DNA of 64,000 nt from an uncultured virus (IMG/VR IMGVR_UViG_3300044645_000935). Its lineage: Duplodnaviria > Heunggongvirae > Uroviricota > Caudoviricetes > Crassvirales. Position 1 is the stretch's first letter, and every line of letters starts with the position of its first letter. This document shows positions 57,188 through 64,000 of the stretch, one piece after another. Location of the stretch: IMG/VR virus record IMGVR_UViG_3300044645_000935. One strand, 5' to 3'. The notes under the pieces are model-generated. The model had not been told where the DNA came from and made no database searches. It saw only the letters and a list, made by a program, of their open reading frames with translations. Made by a program: the position numbers and the translations under genes.

Positions 57188-57231
57188 TGGTTCCCGCTCG
57201 CAATCGAATGCCACATCTTAAATGGCGGGAA
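57188..57231 (-). ncRNA. Three-way-junction motif, copy 2 (ends in CCA)
   Basis: UUCCCGC-[CAUU UAA GAUG]-UG-[GCA UUCGAU UGC]-GA-GCGGGAA-CCA. Confidence 0.65.
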
Positions 57232-57238
57232 TATTTTT

Positions 57239-57457
57239 CTAGGCTAATCTAGGCACGAAGTGGTCGCAATCACTTCGCAGGCCATTATAGTCGTGCAGGA
57301 TTGTTTCAGCAACTTGGTAAGGAGCCAACACGTCAAGCAGGGCCAATTTTTCATAGTATGGCTCCAACTCCATGGCCATAAATGTGCACTCCCATGCACT
57401 TTTAGTTGATTTAAAATACTTCTCAATAATCAAGGCGGTCGCTAGTAAATTAGTCAT
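57239..57457 (-). CDS. Hypothetical early protein (start MTNLLA)
   Basis: ATG follows conserved leader. Confidence 0.65.
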   Translation of the reverse strand: MTNLLATALIIEKYFKSTKSAWECTFMAMELEPYYEKLALLDVLAPYQVAETILHDYNGLRSDCDHFVPRLA

Positions 57458-57476
57458 GTTTTTAGATGTTTTAGGG

Positions 57477-57581
57477 TTATTTTTTCTTTTGAGTGAGTGC
57501 TGTATGGATAAATCCAAAAGCGAAAATGAATGCTGTGCCAATTGCAATGATGATTAGGTCTTGAATGATGTAAGGATTCAT
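57477..57581 (-). CDS. 34-aa single-TM peptide
   Basis: MNPYIIQDLIIIAIGTAFIFAFGFIHTALTQKKK, read manually. Confidence 0.6.
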   Translation of the reverse strand: MNPYIIQDLIIIAIGTAFIFAFGFIHTALTQKKK

Positions 57582-57607
57582 AGTTTTTTTTTGTTTATGG
57601 TTATAGA

Positions 57608-57916
57608 TTATTTAACTGCTTTTTTAAATGCTTTTAGGATAATGTTTAACGTGTAGTTTAAATGCTTACTGCCGTAATCATCACATACATCTTTTTTGTT
57701 CATGTTGTATCTTTCCTTAGTTTCAAAATAGGTGCTGTATTTAGATGCATCATCTGAAGGGCGAATGGTTACGAATTGGTTCTTTACTTCAATGGGCTTG
57801 ATTTGTACGTAGTGAGGCCAAGTCCCACCTGCATAGGTCAAAGGGATTTCGTCAGCATTGTTGACAGCCTCAAGCATGGAGTTGATTTCTTCGATTTTTT
57901 TAAGTAGTGCTTTCAT
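57608..57916 (-). CDS. First gene of - strand arm, hypothetical
   Basis: ORF after predicted promoter. Confidence 0.7.
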   Translation of the reverse strand: MKALLKKIEEINSMLEAVNNADEIPLTYAGGTWPHYVQIKPIEVKNQFVTIRPSDDASKYSTYFETKERYNMNKKDVCDDYGSKHLNYTLNIILKAFKKAVK

Positions 57917-57982
57917 GTGTGTAAGTTGTTGATTTGTAGATAGTTAGATGATTTCTCGTATATCGGGCGTTTCCCGCATGTA

Positions 57983-58013
57983 CAATAGTAGTACTTTTCT
58001 TTATTCTGTGCAA
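57983..58013 (-). promoter_or_regulatory. Putative early promoter
   Basis: TTGC-N19-TACTATTG. Confidence 0.55.
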
Positions 58014-58059
58014 GTAGTGGCGCATTTTTTTTTCAATATCCCTGCAATTTTTTTTCTGT

Positions 58060-58400
58060 CAGTTAGTTAGTGCACTAACTATTGGGGCGCAAAGTTTATG
58101 CAGGACAGGGAAGGGAAGGGTATAAAGAGAAGCCTGCTTTCTTCTCGCTCTGTTCTGTATGGAGCGCAGGAGCGGGAGCGGGCATGAGTAATGAAGGGCC
58201 CGTAGTGGTGCCATGGACGTGGGACGTGGTGCCTGTGGTCCTGCAGACATGGGGCCTGCATGGGGCTCAAGGTCGCCATGGGAAAAGCCAAAAAATCTGC
58301 CATGCGCCAAGGGAATCGCACCCCCCCCCCTTCAAAAAAAAAGTCGTTTCCGCCACAGGCCCGGCTGCGCAGAACCGCTACCGAACCCCCACACTCTAAT
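58060..58400. other. GC-rich non-coding divergence region, candidate genome terminus/packaging site
   Basis: Between divergent arms; palindrome, CATG clusters, C and A runs. Confidence 0.45.
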
Positions 58401-58452
58401 TATCTAGTAAAATTTTTTACCTTTACGTAGTTGCAACTTAAACAAACTAGTT

Positions 58453-58686
58453 ATGAAAGGATTAAAGCTTAGTAACTCCATTTATTCAAAGATGAATATT
58501 GGTGGAGGATTAGATGTGAAGAACGGGAGGTTGATTAACAATCGTCCTGACGGTATGACGGGCCTTGCTCAGATGGCTGCTAATAAGAAGATTATGAAGC
58601 GCATTGACAAGGTTGGTATGATTGCTGAGGGTGTATCTATGGGATACATGAGAGCTGAGATGATGGAAGGTCCTGAAGAAATGTAA
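58453..58686 (+). CDS. Hypothetical protein
   Basis: First + strand ORF; A-rich leader. Confidence 0.75.
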   Translation: MKGLKLSNSIYSKMNIGGGLDVKNGRLINNRPDGMTGLAQMAANKKIMKRIDKVGMIAEGVSMGYMRAEMMEGPEEM

Positions 58687-58688
58687 TT

Positions 58689-59339
58689 ATGAACTTACTT
58701 CAGGTTGATTTTCCATCTAGTCAATACATAGCGGAGGAGCATCCTAAAAAACAAATTTACCTACATCATACGGCAGGAAGTCCTAATGGTGTAGGTACTT
58801 TTGGTTGGTGGGCATCCAATACTGAGAGGGTAGCTACGTGTGTTTCTATTTCGGGTATTGGTAAGGGATGTGTTGACGGTCAGATTGTGCAAGGGTTTAG
58901 CTCGAAGTTTTGGGCTTATCATTTAGGATTGCAGAAGATTACGTTTAGTAGTCGCAAGATTCCTTTTCAGCAGTTGGACAAGATTAGCATTGGTATTGAG
59001 ATATGCAATTGGGGTAATCTTCGTGAGGCCAATGGTAAGTTTTACAATTACGTTGGTCGGGAGATGGACAAGGGAATCATTAAGTTGGACAAACCTTACA
59101 AGGGGTTTCAGTATTTCCATGATTACACGGATGCTCAGATTGAATCGGTAAAGGATTTGCTTTTACTTTGGAACAAGAGGTATGGTATTCCGTTAGAATA
59201 TCATGAAGATATTTGGGATATTACTCCAAGAGCTTTGAGAGGTGAGGCAGGTGTGTATACTCACAACTCTGTACGTAAGGATAAGATTGACATCTACCCT
59301 CATCCTAGAATGATTGAGATGTTGAAAAGTTTGACTTAG
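58689..59339 (+). CDS. N-acetylmuramoyl-L-alanine amidase (endolysin)
   Basis: IYLHHTAG, WAYHLG, SIGIEI, YTDAQ, THN..KID..P. Confidence 0.9.
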   Translation: MNLLQVDFPSSQYIAEEHPKKQIYLHHTAGSPNGVGTFGWWASNTERVATCVSISGIGKGCVDGQIVQGFSSKFWAYHLGLQKITFSSRKIPFQQLDKISIGIEICNWGNLREANGKFYNYVGREMDKGIIKLDKPYKGFQYFHDYTDAQIESVKDLLLLWNKRYGIPLEYHEDIWDITPRALRGEAGVYTHNSVRKDKIDIYPHPRMIEMLKSLT

Positions 59340-59415
59340 CAATTCGGAAGTTATCCGAATTACAATTCTTTTTATTACATTTGAATACATAGATAATTCG
59401 GGTGTTTTGTGTTTT

Positions 59416-59447
59416 AAAGGAGGGCTCACATTGGGTCCTCTTTTTTT
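59416..59447 (+). terminator. Intrinsic terminator
   Basis: GAGGGCTCA-CAT-TGGGTCCTC then T run. Confidence 0.65.
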
Positions 59448-59493
59448 ATTCCTAGTTTTATTTTTGCCCAATAGAAATCCTACAATCTGCACA

Positions 59494-59768
59494 ATATCGA
59501 CATTTCTGTCACGGTTTATGTCGATTTTTATGTCGATTTTTTTTTCTTAACTTATTGATTATTAATACTTTATTTTTTTTATGTCGAAAATGTCGATTTT
59601 AAAGAGAGAATATAATAGGAAAAAAAATAAAAGGAGGGAAATATATATATAGTAGTATAGGGGGAAAAATGTGTCATTTCCGACAATGACTTGATAATCA
59701 AGTCATTAATCGACATGAATCCTAAAAACATGGCATTAAAACCGACATGGCTTAAAAAACCGACATTT
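59494..59768. repeat. Iteron-like TGTCG/CGACA cluster, origin-like
   Basis: About nine copies in both orientations around an AT/purine tract; perfect inverted repeat 59685-59707. Confidence 0.65.
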
Positions 59769-59802
59769 ATTATTGATTGCGTAGCAATTAATCCAAAAAT
59801 CC

Positions 59803-59810
59803 TATATTTG
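59803..59810 (+). promoter_or_regulatory. Bacteroidota -7 promoter element for groEL
   Basis: TATATTTG. Confidence 0.55.
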
Positions 59811-59860
59811 CATTATACCATCACAAGGGGTGGTATATTGGAAAATCAAAATCAAATCAA

Positions 59861-61489
59861 ATGGTAGAGACATCAGGATTGGGCTATTCGCCCAAGGACT
59901 TAAAGTTTGGTACTGAAGGCAGGACCAAATTGATTAACGGCATTGTAAAGATGTCGAAGGCTGTAAAGTCAACTCTCGGCCCTTCGGGTAACACGGTATT
60001 AATCGAGAGTGCAAACCACACACATGGTGTTACTGTTACTAAGGATGGCGTTACTGTCGCCAAGTCAATTGACTTGATTGACCCGGTAGAGAACCTTGCG
60101 GTTCGCATGATGAAGGAGGCGGCCGATAAGACTGCTACATCTGCGGGTGATGGTACGACTACTGCAATCGTGCTTACAGAGGGCTTGGTGCTTGGTGGGC
60201 TTGAGCGCATTACTGAGGACATGAACAGGACTGCTGTGTTGAGACACATGGTGGACATCAGTAACAAGGTGGTGGACAACTTAAGAAAGAAGAGCAAGAA
60301 GGTAACGACATCTATGTTAGTAGATGTGGCCGCTATTTCAGCAAACAATGACCGTGAGATTGGTAAGATTATTTCTGATGTATACAAAGAGGTTGGTAAG
60401 AACGGTGTTGTAACTGTAGAGAGAAGCCAAACGAATGAGACATACTCTGAGACCACCAAGGGATTGCAGATTAATAGGGGTTATTTGAGCCCATTGTTCA
60501 TCAATGATGCAAAAAAAGACGAGTGTATCTTTGATGATGTGATGGTATTGGTAGCTGACATTGAGATTGCCAACATTTTGCAGATTGAGAACGTGCTAAA
60601 ACCAATAATTTCAGAGGGAAAGAAGCTTTTGATTATTTCTCCATGCAATGTGAATGTGATTAACACGCTTGCGGCTAACAGTGTGAAGGGGAATTTGAAG
60701 GTTTGTGCTGTTCCTCCGCCAAATTTCGGATACAAGCAGCATGAATTGATGCAAGATATTGCGTTGAGTGTAGGAGCTACCTACTTTAGTGAGAAGACGG
60801 GTGATGATTTGAGTCGAATCAACTACGGTGACTTGGGTCATGCGGCAAAAGTTATTGTCAGCAAGGACAAAACCATCATTATTCGCAGTAACGCAAAAGT
60901 TGACCAAGGGTCAATTGACGAAAGGGTCAAGCAATTGTGGCAAGCACATGAGCAAGCTACTCGTAAGGCTGACAAAGACTTCATCTTGGAGCGTATTGCC
61001 TCACTTACAGGTGGCATTGGTGTTATTTTTGTAGGTGGTCAGACTGACATTGAGCAGAAAGAGTTGTATGACCGTGTTGATGACGCTGTGTGTGCGGTTC
61101 GTTCAGCTCTTGAGGAGGGTATATTGCCGGGGGCAGGAGTAGCATTGCTTAATGAGAGTGCTGAGATTCCATCTGTTCAGCATCCTCTTACTCATCCAAG
61201 CAAAGAGTATGTCGCTGCAGTAAGCATTGTCACTGAGGCATTGATGGCTCCGTTCCAACAGATACTTGCTAACGCAGGGTTAAAGCCAAGTGAAGTGTAT
61301 AAGATGGATATACCTATAGGTTACGGCTACAATGTCAAGACAGGACAGATGGGTGACCTTATTGAGATGGGTGTCATTGACCCGTTTAAGGTAACACGTA
61401 GCGCATTGCAAAACGCTGTCAGCGTGGCAACAACTATTCTATCAACTAACGCCATCATCACAATGGCACGGAGCTATGAGCAACAATAA
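59861..61489 (+). CDS. groEL: Chaperonin GroEL (phage-encoded)
   Basis: TLGPSG, TKDGVTVAK, AGDGTTTA, GILPGAG, GVIDP..V.RSAL. Confidence 0.95.
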   Translation: MVETSGLGYSPKDLKFGTEGRTKLINGIVKMSKAVKSTLGPSGNTVLIESANHTHGVTVTKDGVTVAKSIDLIDPVENLAVRMMKEAADKTATSAGDGTTTAIVLTEGLVLGGLERITEDMNRTAVLRHMVDISNKVVDNLRKKSKKVTTSMLVDVAAISANNDREIGKIISDVYKEVGKNGVVTVERSQTNETYSETTKGLQINRGYLSPLFINDAKKDECIFDDVMVLVADIEIANILQIENVLKPIISEGKKLLIISPCNVNVINTLAANSVKGNLKVCAVPPPNFGYKQHELMQDIALSVGATYFSEKTGDDLSRINYGDLGHAAKVIVSKDKTIIIRSNAKVDQGSIDERVKQLWQAHEQATRKADKDFILERIASLTGGIGVIFVGGQTDIEQKELYDRVDDAVCAVRSALEEGILPGAGVALLNESAEIPSVQHPLTHPSKEYVAAVSIVTEALMAPFQQILANAGLKPSEVYKMDIPIGYGYNVKTGQMGDLIEMGVIDPFKVTRSALQNAVSVATTILSTNAIITMARSYEQQ

Positions 61490-61727
61490 TATTCAACAAA
61501 TAATTGAGATGTATCCTGAAGAGACATTTCTTGTTGCTGATGGTTTTGATGATGCCATCATTGGCATTGACGAGGAGAACGGGAAGATTGTGTATGACAT
61601 TGACAAAGTCATCACAATACTGATGAGGGATGACATGAGCATGGACGAGGCTTATGAATTCTATTACTACAATATTGTTGGCTCTTATGTTGGCGACAAT
61701 ACTCCTATCTTTATAAGAACACTATGA
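61476..61727 (+). CDS. Conserved acidic phage protein (ADGFDDAIIG type)
   Basis: Recognised motif; between groEL and groES. Confidence 0.8.
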   Translation: MSNNNIQQIIEMYPEETFLVADGFDDAIIGIDEENGKIVYDIDKVITILMRDDMSMDEAYEFYYYNIVGSYVGDNTPIFIRTL

Positions 61728-61981
61728 GACCAATAGGGAAATACATTGTCGTTAGAGACATACAAGAAGAGGTTCGGACCGAGAGTGGTCTGATACTGTC
61801 GGGAGAAGATACCAATCAGCTAAGGTATAAGAGAGCTGAGGTGATAGCCCCGGGTACTGATGTTGATGTGATTGACGAGGGTGATGAGCTGTACTACGAC
61901 AAGGCACACAGCTTCACCATGTTGATTGACGATACGCAGTATACGATTATTCAAGAGAGAGATGTAGTAGTGGTGATTTAA
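61724..61981 (+). CDS. groES: Co-chaperonin GroES
   Basis: MRPIGKYIVV, TESGLIL mobile loop, EGD, ERDVVVVI. Confidence 0.9.
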   Translation: MRPIGKYIVVRDIQEEVRTESGLILSGEDTNQLRYKRAEVIAPGTDVDVIDEGDELYYDKAHSFTMLIDDTQYTIIQERDVVVVI

Positions 61982-62427
61982 TCATCACTACTATTCTTTT
62001 GCTTCTGCTCTCTGTAGTAGGCATTCATCTGCAGAATCATATTGCGATATACCTTGTCGTTGTATGAGACATTTTTTAAGAACATTGAGTTGTAGGACAG
62101 GCTTGTTGGAATTTCTTCGCCTTCAAGCTTTCTGTAGATGTCCCTAATTACTCGTTTGGCTTTGTCGCTAAGACAGTACAGAGCTTTCCCATCTGACCCT
62201 TTTCTTCTGAAACGCTCGAGCCATGCTCTTCTTAGGAGTGAGTCGAATCGGTCCTTATCCCAACTTACGAGTTCTGAGAAGTAGTCAAACTTCTCCTTTC
62301 CAAAATATCCTTCTGAGTACAGAAATAGCAGTATGTCAAGGTCTGCTTGACTCAGTTCGTGCTTGGCTTTCATGTAATATCTGATTACACGCCAAAACTT
62401 TAGGTAGTCACTTGGTGTTGATTTCAT
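61978..62427 (-). CDS. Winged-helix (MarR-like) protein (start MKSTPS)
   Basis: LSQADLDILLFL..YCLSDKAK. Confidence 0.6.
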   Translation of the reverse strand: MKSTPSDYLKFWRVIRYYMKAKHELSQADLDILLFLYSEGYFGKEKFDYFSELVSWDKDRFDSLLRRAWLERFRRKGSDGKALYCLSDKAKRVIRDIYRKLEGEEIPTSLSYNSMFLKNVSYNDKVYRNMILQMNAYYREQKQKNSSDD

Positions 62428-62441
62428 TAATTTTATTTTAT

Positions 62442-62449
62442 TACATTTG
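62442..62449 (+). promoter_or_regulatory. Bacteroidota -7 promoter element for basic-protein array
   Basis: TACATTTG upstream of 62476. Confidence 0.55.
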
Positions 62450-62475
62450 TAAAGCAAAGGTAAAAAATTTATAAT

Positions 62476-62739
62476 ATGGCAGAGCCTAAGAAGTCCGAGA
62501 GCAAAAAGGAAGAAAAGTCTGTTGAGAAAGAACTGAAAAACTTTCGAAACGAACTTGACATGATTACCTTTAAGAATGAGCAAGCTAAAAGGATTAAGGC
62601 TATGCAGGAAGGTAAGGAGAAACTCAAAGAAAAACTTGGCAGTAATCGTAAGAGAAGGATATCTGCATCTACCCGAGTTTCAGGTATGGGAAAGTTAGGC
62701 GGATTAGCTACATTTAAACAGAAATACAAAGAGTACTAA
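62476..62739 (+). CDS. Lysine-rich protein (3' end also at 1-55)
   Basis: ORF track. Confidence 0.8.
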   Translation: MAEPKKSESKKEEKSVEKELKNFRNELDMITFKNEQAKRIKAMQEGKEKLKEKLGSNRKRRISASTRVSGMGKLGGLATFKQKYKEY

Positions 62740-62767
62740 TATTTAAAACTTCAAAACAAAAACAAAA

Positions 62768-62944
62768 ATGAAAAAGGACATTCCAAATCTCCCTGCATCT
62801 TCCAAGTTGCAACCACCTTCAGGTGGAGGTCCATCAATTAAAAATGCATTGAAGGCAAAGCCTTTGGCTATGTCAGGTGGCGTACCTTCTAAAGGTGCTA
62901 AGTCTGTAGTAGGTAAAAGCAAACCTAAACTAGGAAAGAAATGA
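62768..62944 (+). CDS. Second copy of 58-aa basic protein
   Basis: Same protein as 84-260. Confidence 0.9.
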   Translation: MKKDIPNLPASSKLQPPSGGGPSIKNALKAKPLAMSGGVPSKGAKSVVGKSKPKLGKK

Positions 62945-63219
62945 TGAAGGGTAAAAATACAGGCGGAACAGGAAGCCGTAGAATCGATAGAGCAAAAGGC
63001 AAAGTCGAAAAAGCTGAAAAAAAGGCTTCTAAATTAGGAGTAGATTTTATTGGTAAAGAATTTGGAATTAATATTCCTATTAAGCCAACAAAAACAACTC
63101 CTAAAGTAGATAAAGCTCTTTCTAAAATAGACAAGGCTAAAGATAAATTGCAAAATGTTGCAGGCAAAGTAGTGTCTAAAATTGAAAAGAAAGCTATTAA
63201 ACAATTAAAAAAGAAGTAA
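62941..63219 (+). CDS. Lysine-rich protein
   Basis: Start like ORF 260, body like ORF 998. Confidence 0.8.
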   Translation: MMKGKNTGGTGSRRIDRAKGKVEKAEKKASKLGVDFIGKEFGINIPIKPTKTTPKVDKALSKIDKAKDKLQNVAGKVVSKIEKKAIKQLKKK

Positions 63220-63221
63220 TC

Positions 63222-63428
63222 ATGGCACCAATGTATGGCGGAGGTGGTTCAGGTAAAGCTTCTGATAGAAGAGAAGCTAGAGCTGCAAAGAAGATTGAAA
63301 AGTTAGATACTAGAATAGCTAAGAAAGCTTTGAAATCTTCTAATCCGATTTCTGCACTTGAAAAAGGATTAACCAAGTTTGAAAAGAAATCTCAAAAAAT
63401 CACAGACCGTTACAATAAAAAGAAATAA
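63222..63428 (+). CDS. Lysine-rich protein, MAPMYGGGG family
   Basis: Counterpart of 523-726. Confidence 0.9.
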   Translation: MAPMYGGGGSGKASDRREARAAKKIEKLDTRIAKKALKSSNPISALEKGLTKFEKKSQKITDRYNKKK

Positions 63429-63430
63429 TC

Positions 63431-63718
63431 ATGGCAACAATGTATGGTGGCGGAGGCGGCAAGGTCGCTAGAGCCGAAAAAAGAGAAAATAAAAAAGTAG
63501 CAAAGGAAGCAGCAAAAACTGTTAAGTCAGTTGTTAAATCTATGGCTGAAAAACCAAGTAAGTCTTCAAGCACTTCAGGTTCAAAGCCTATGGTAAGAGA
63601 CCTATCTTCACTTGACAAGTTTGATAAAAGAATTAAATTGCGTCAGGTCCCAAAAGAAGATAAAGCTTCTGCAAAAGCTTACAATCAAAGGCTTAAAGAA
63701 AAAAGAAAAGGAAAGTAA
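63431..63718 (+). CDS. Lysine-rich protein, MATMYGGGG family
   Basis: N-half like 729-995, new C-half. Confidence 0.9.
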   Translation: MATMYGGGGGKVARAEKRENKKVAKEAAKTVKSVVKSMAEKPSKSSSTSGSKPMVRDLSSLDKFDKRIKLRQVPKEDKASAKAYNQRLKEKRKGK

Positions 63719-63720
63719 TA

Positions 63721-64000
63721 ATGGCAGCAATGTATGGTGGTGGAGGCGGCAAGGCCGCTAGAGCCGAAAAGAAAGAAGCTAAAAAAGAGCTTAAAGAAAC
63801 TAGACAGATGATTAAAGCAGTATCTGCAAGAACTCCTGCCGTTAGAAAAGCTGAAAGAGCTATTGATAAAAGAGTTAAAGAAAACAAAAAAGAAAATAAG
63901 TCTTTTATGAAAGCTGCAGAAAAAGAGTATAAGTCATCACTAAAATCATCTCCTAAACCTGCAAAAGAAAAGGGAATCAGCTTGAAAGAGAGAGCAGATA
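63721..64000 (+). CDS. Lysine-rich protein, MAAMYGGGG family (partial)
   Basis: Read manually; open to window end; ISLKERAD shared with 729-995. Confidence 0.85.
   Translation, partial: MAAMYGGGGGKAARAEKKEAKKELKETRQMIKAVSARTPAVRKAERAIDKRVKENKKENKSFMKAAEKEYKSSLKSSPKPAKEKGISLKERAD

Noticed and set aside
55925..57547. Long ORF-track starts at 56266, 57214 and 57547 (also 53975)
   Set aside because: They run through structured elements or other genes; downstream ATGs follow the conserved leader
58059..58407. Four ORFs across the GC-rich region
   Set aside because: Mutually overlapping, atypical composition; stop scarcity explained by high GC
59494..59768. CRISPR array
   Set aside because: Repeats are only 5-7 bp, irregularly spaced and in both orientations
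62685..64000. True direct terminal repeat
   Set aside because: Copies diverge after 127 bp and differ in gene content, unlike terminal repeats
1..64000. Prophage or temperate module, and alternative genetic code
   Set aside because: No integrase or host genes recognised; long ORFs intact in code 11 with TAA, TAG and TGA all used as stops

Overview
The window holds a near-complete (~62.7 kb) tailed dsDNA phage genome, podovirus-like by gene content. The host is very probably a Bacteroidota (TAnnTTTG promoters, A-rich leaders without Shine-Dalgarno). The + strand late arm (58453-64000 and 1-41641) carries an amidase endolysin, GroEL/GroES, an array of tiny lysine-rich genes, holin/spanin, tail fibre, terminase, portal, capsid, tail proteins and a 3437-aa polyvalent ejection-type protein. 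The - strand arm (57916 down to 41643) carries small early genes, an RNAP alpha-CTD mimic, SSAP/exonuclease/SSB, primase-helicase, a broken SNF2-type helicase and nucleases. I recognised no integrase, DNA polymerase, RT or CRISPR array. Highlights: (1) structured RNA modules placed just after stop codons in the - strand operon (a type III hammerhead, two copies of an unrecognised covarying three-way junction, a tRNA minihelix, a tRNA-like RNA), plus a pseudoknot in the ssb leader; (2) a 43-aa basic gene overprinted in +1 frame inside the giant ejection gene; (3) a shuffling array of MAxMYGGGG-leader basic proteins present in two versions, joined through an exactly 127-bp identical seed that may be an assembly junction between two strains; (4) apparent avoidance of CCAG/CTGG and GATC. 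All family calls are by motif recognition, not database search.
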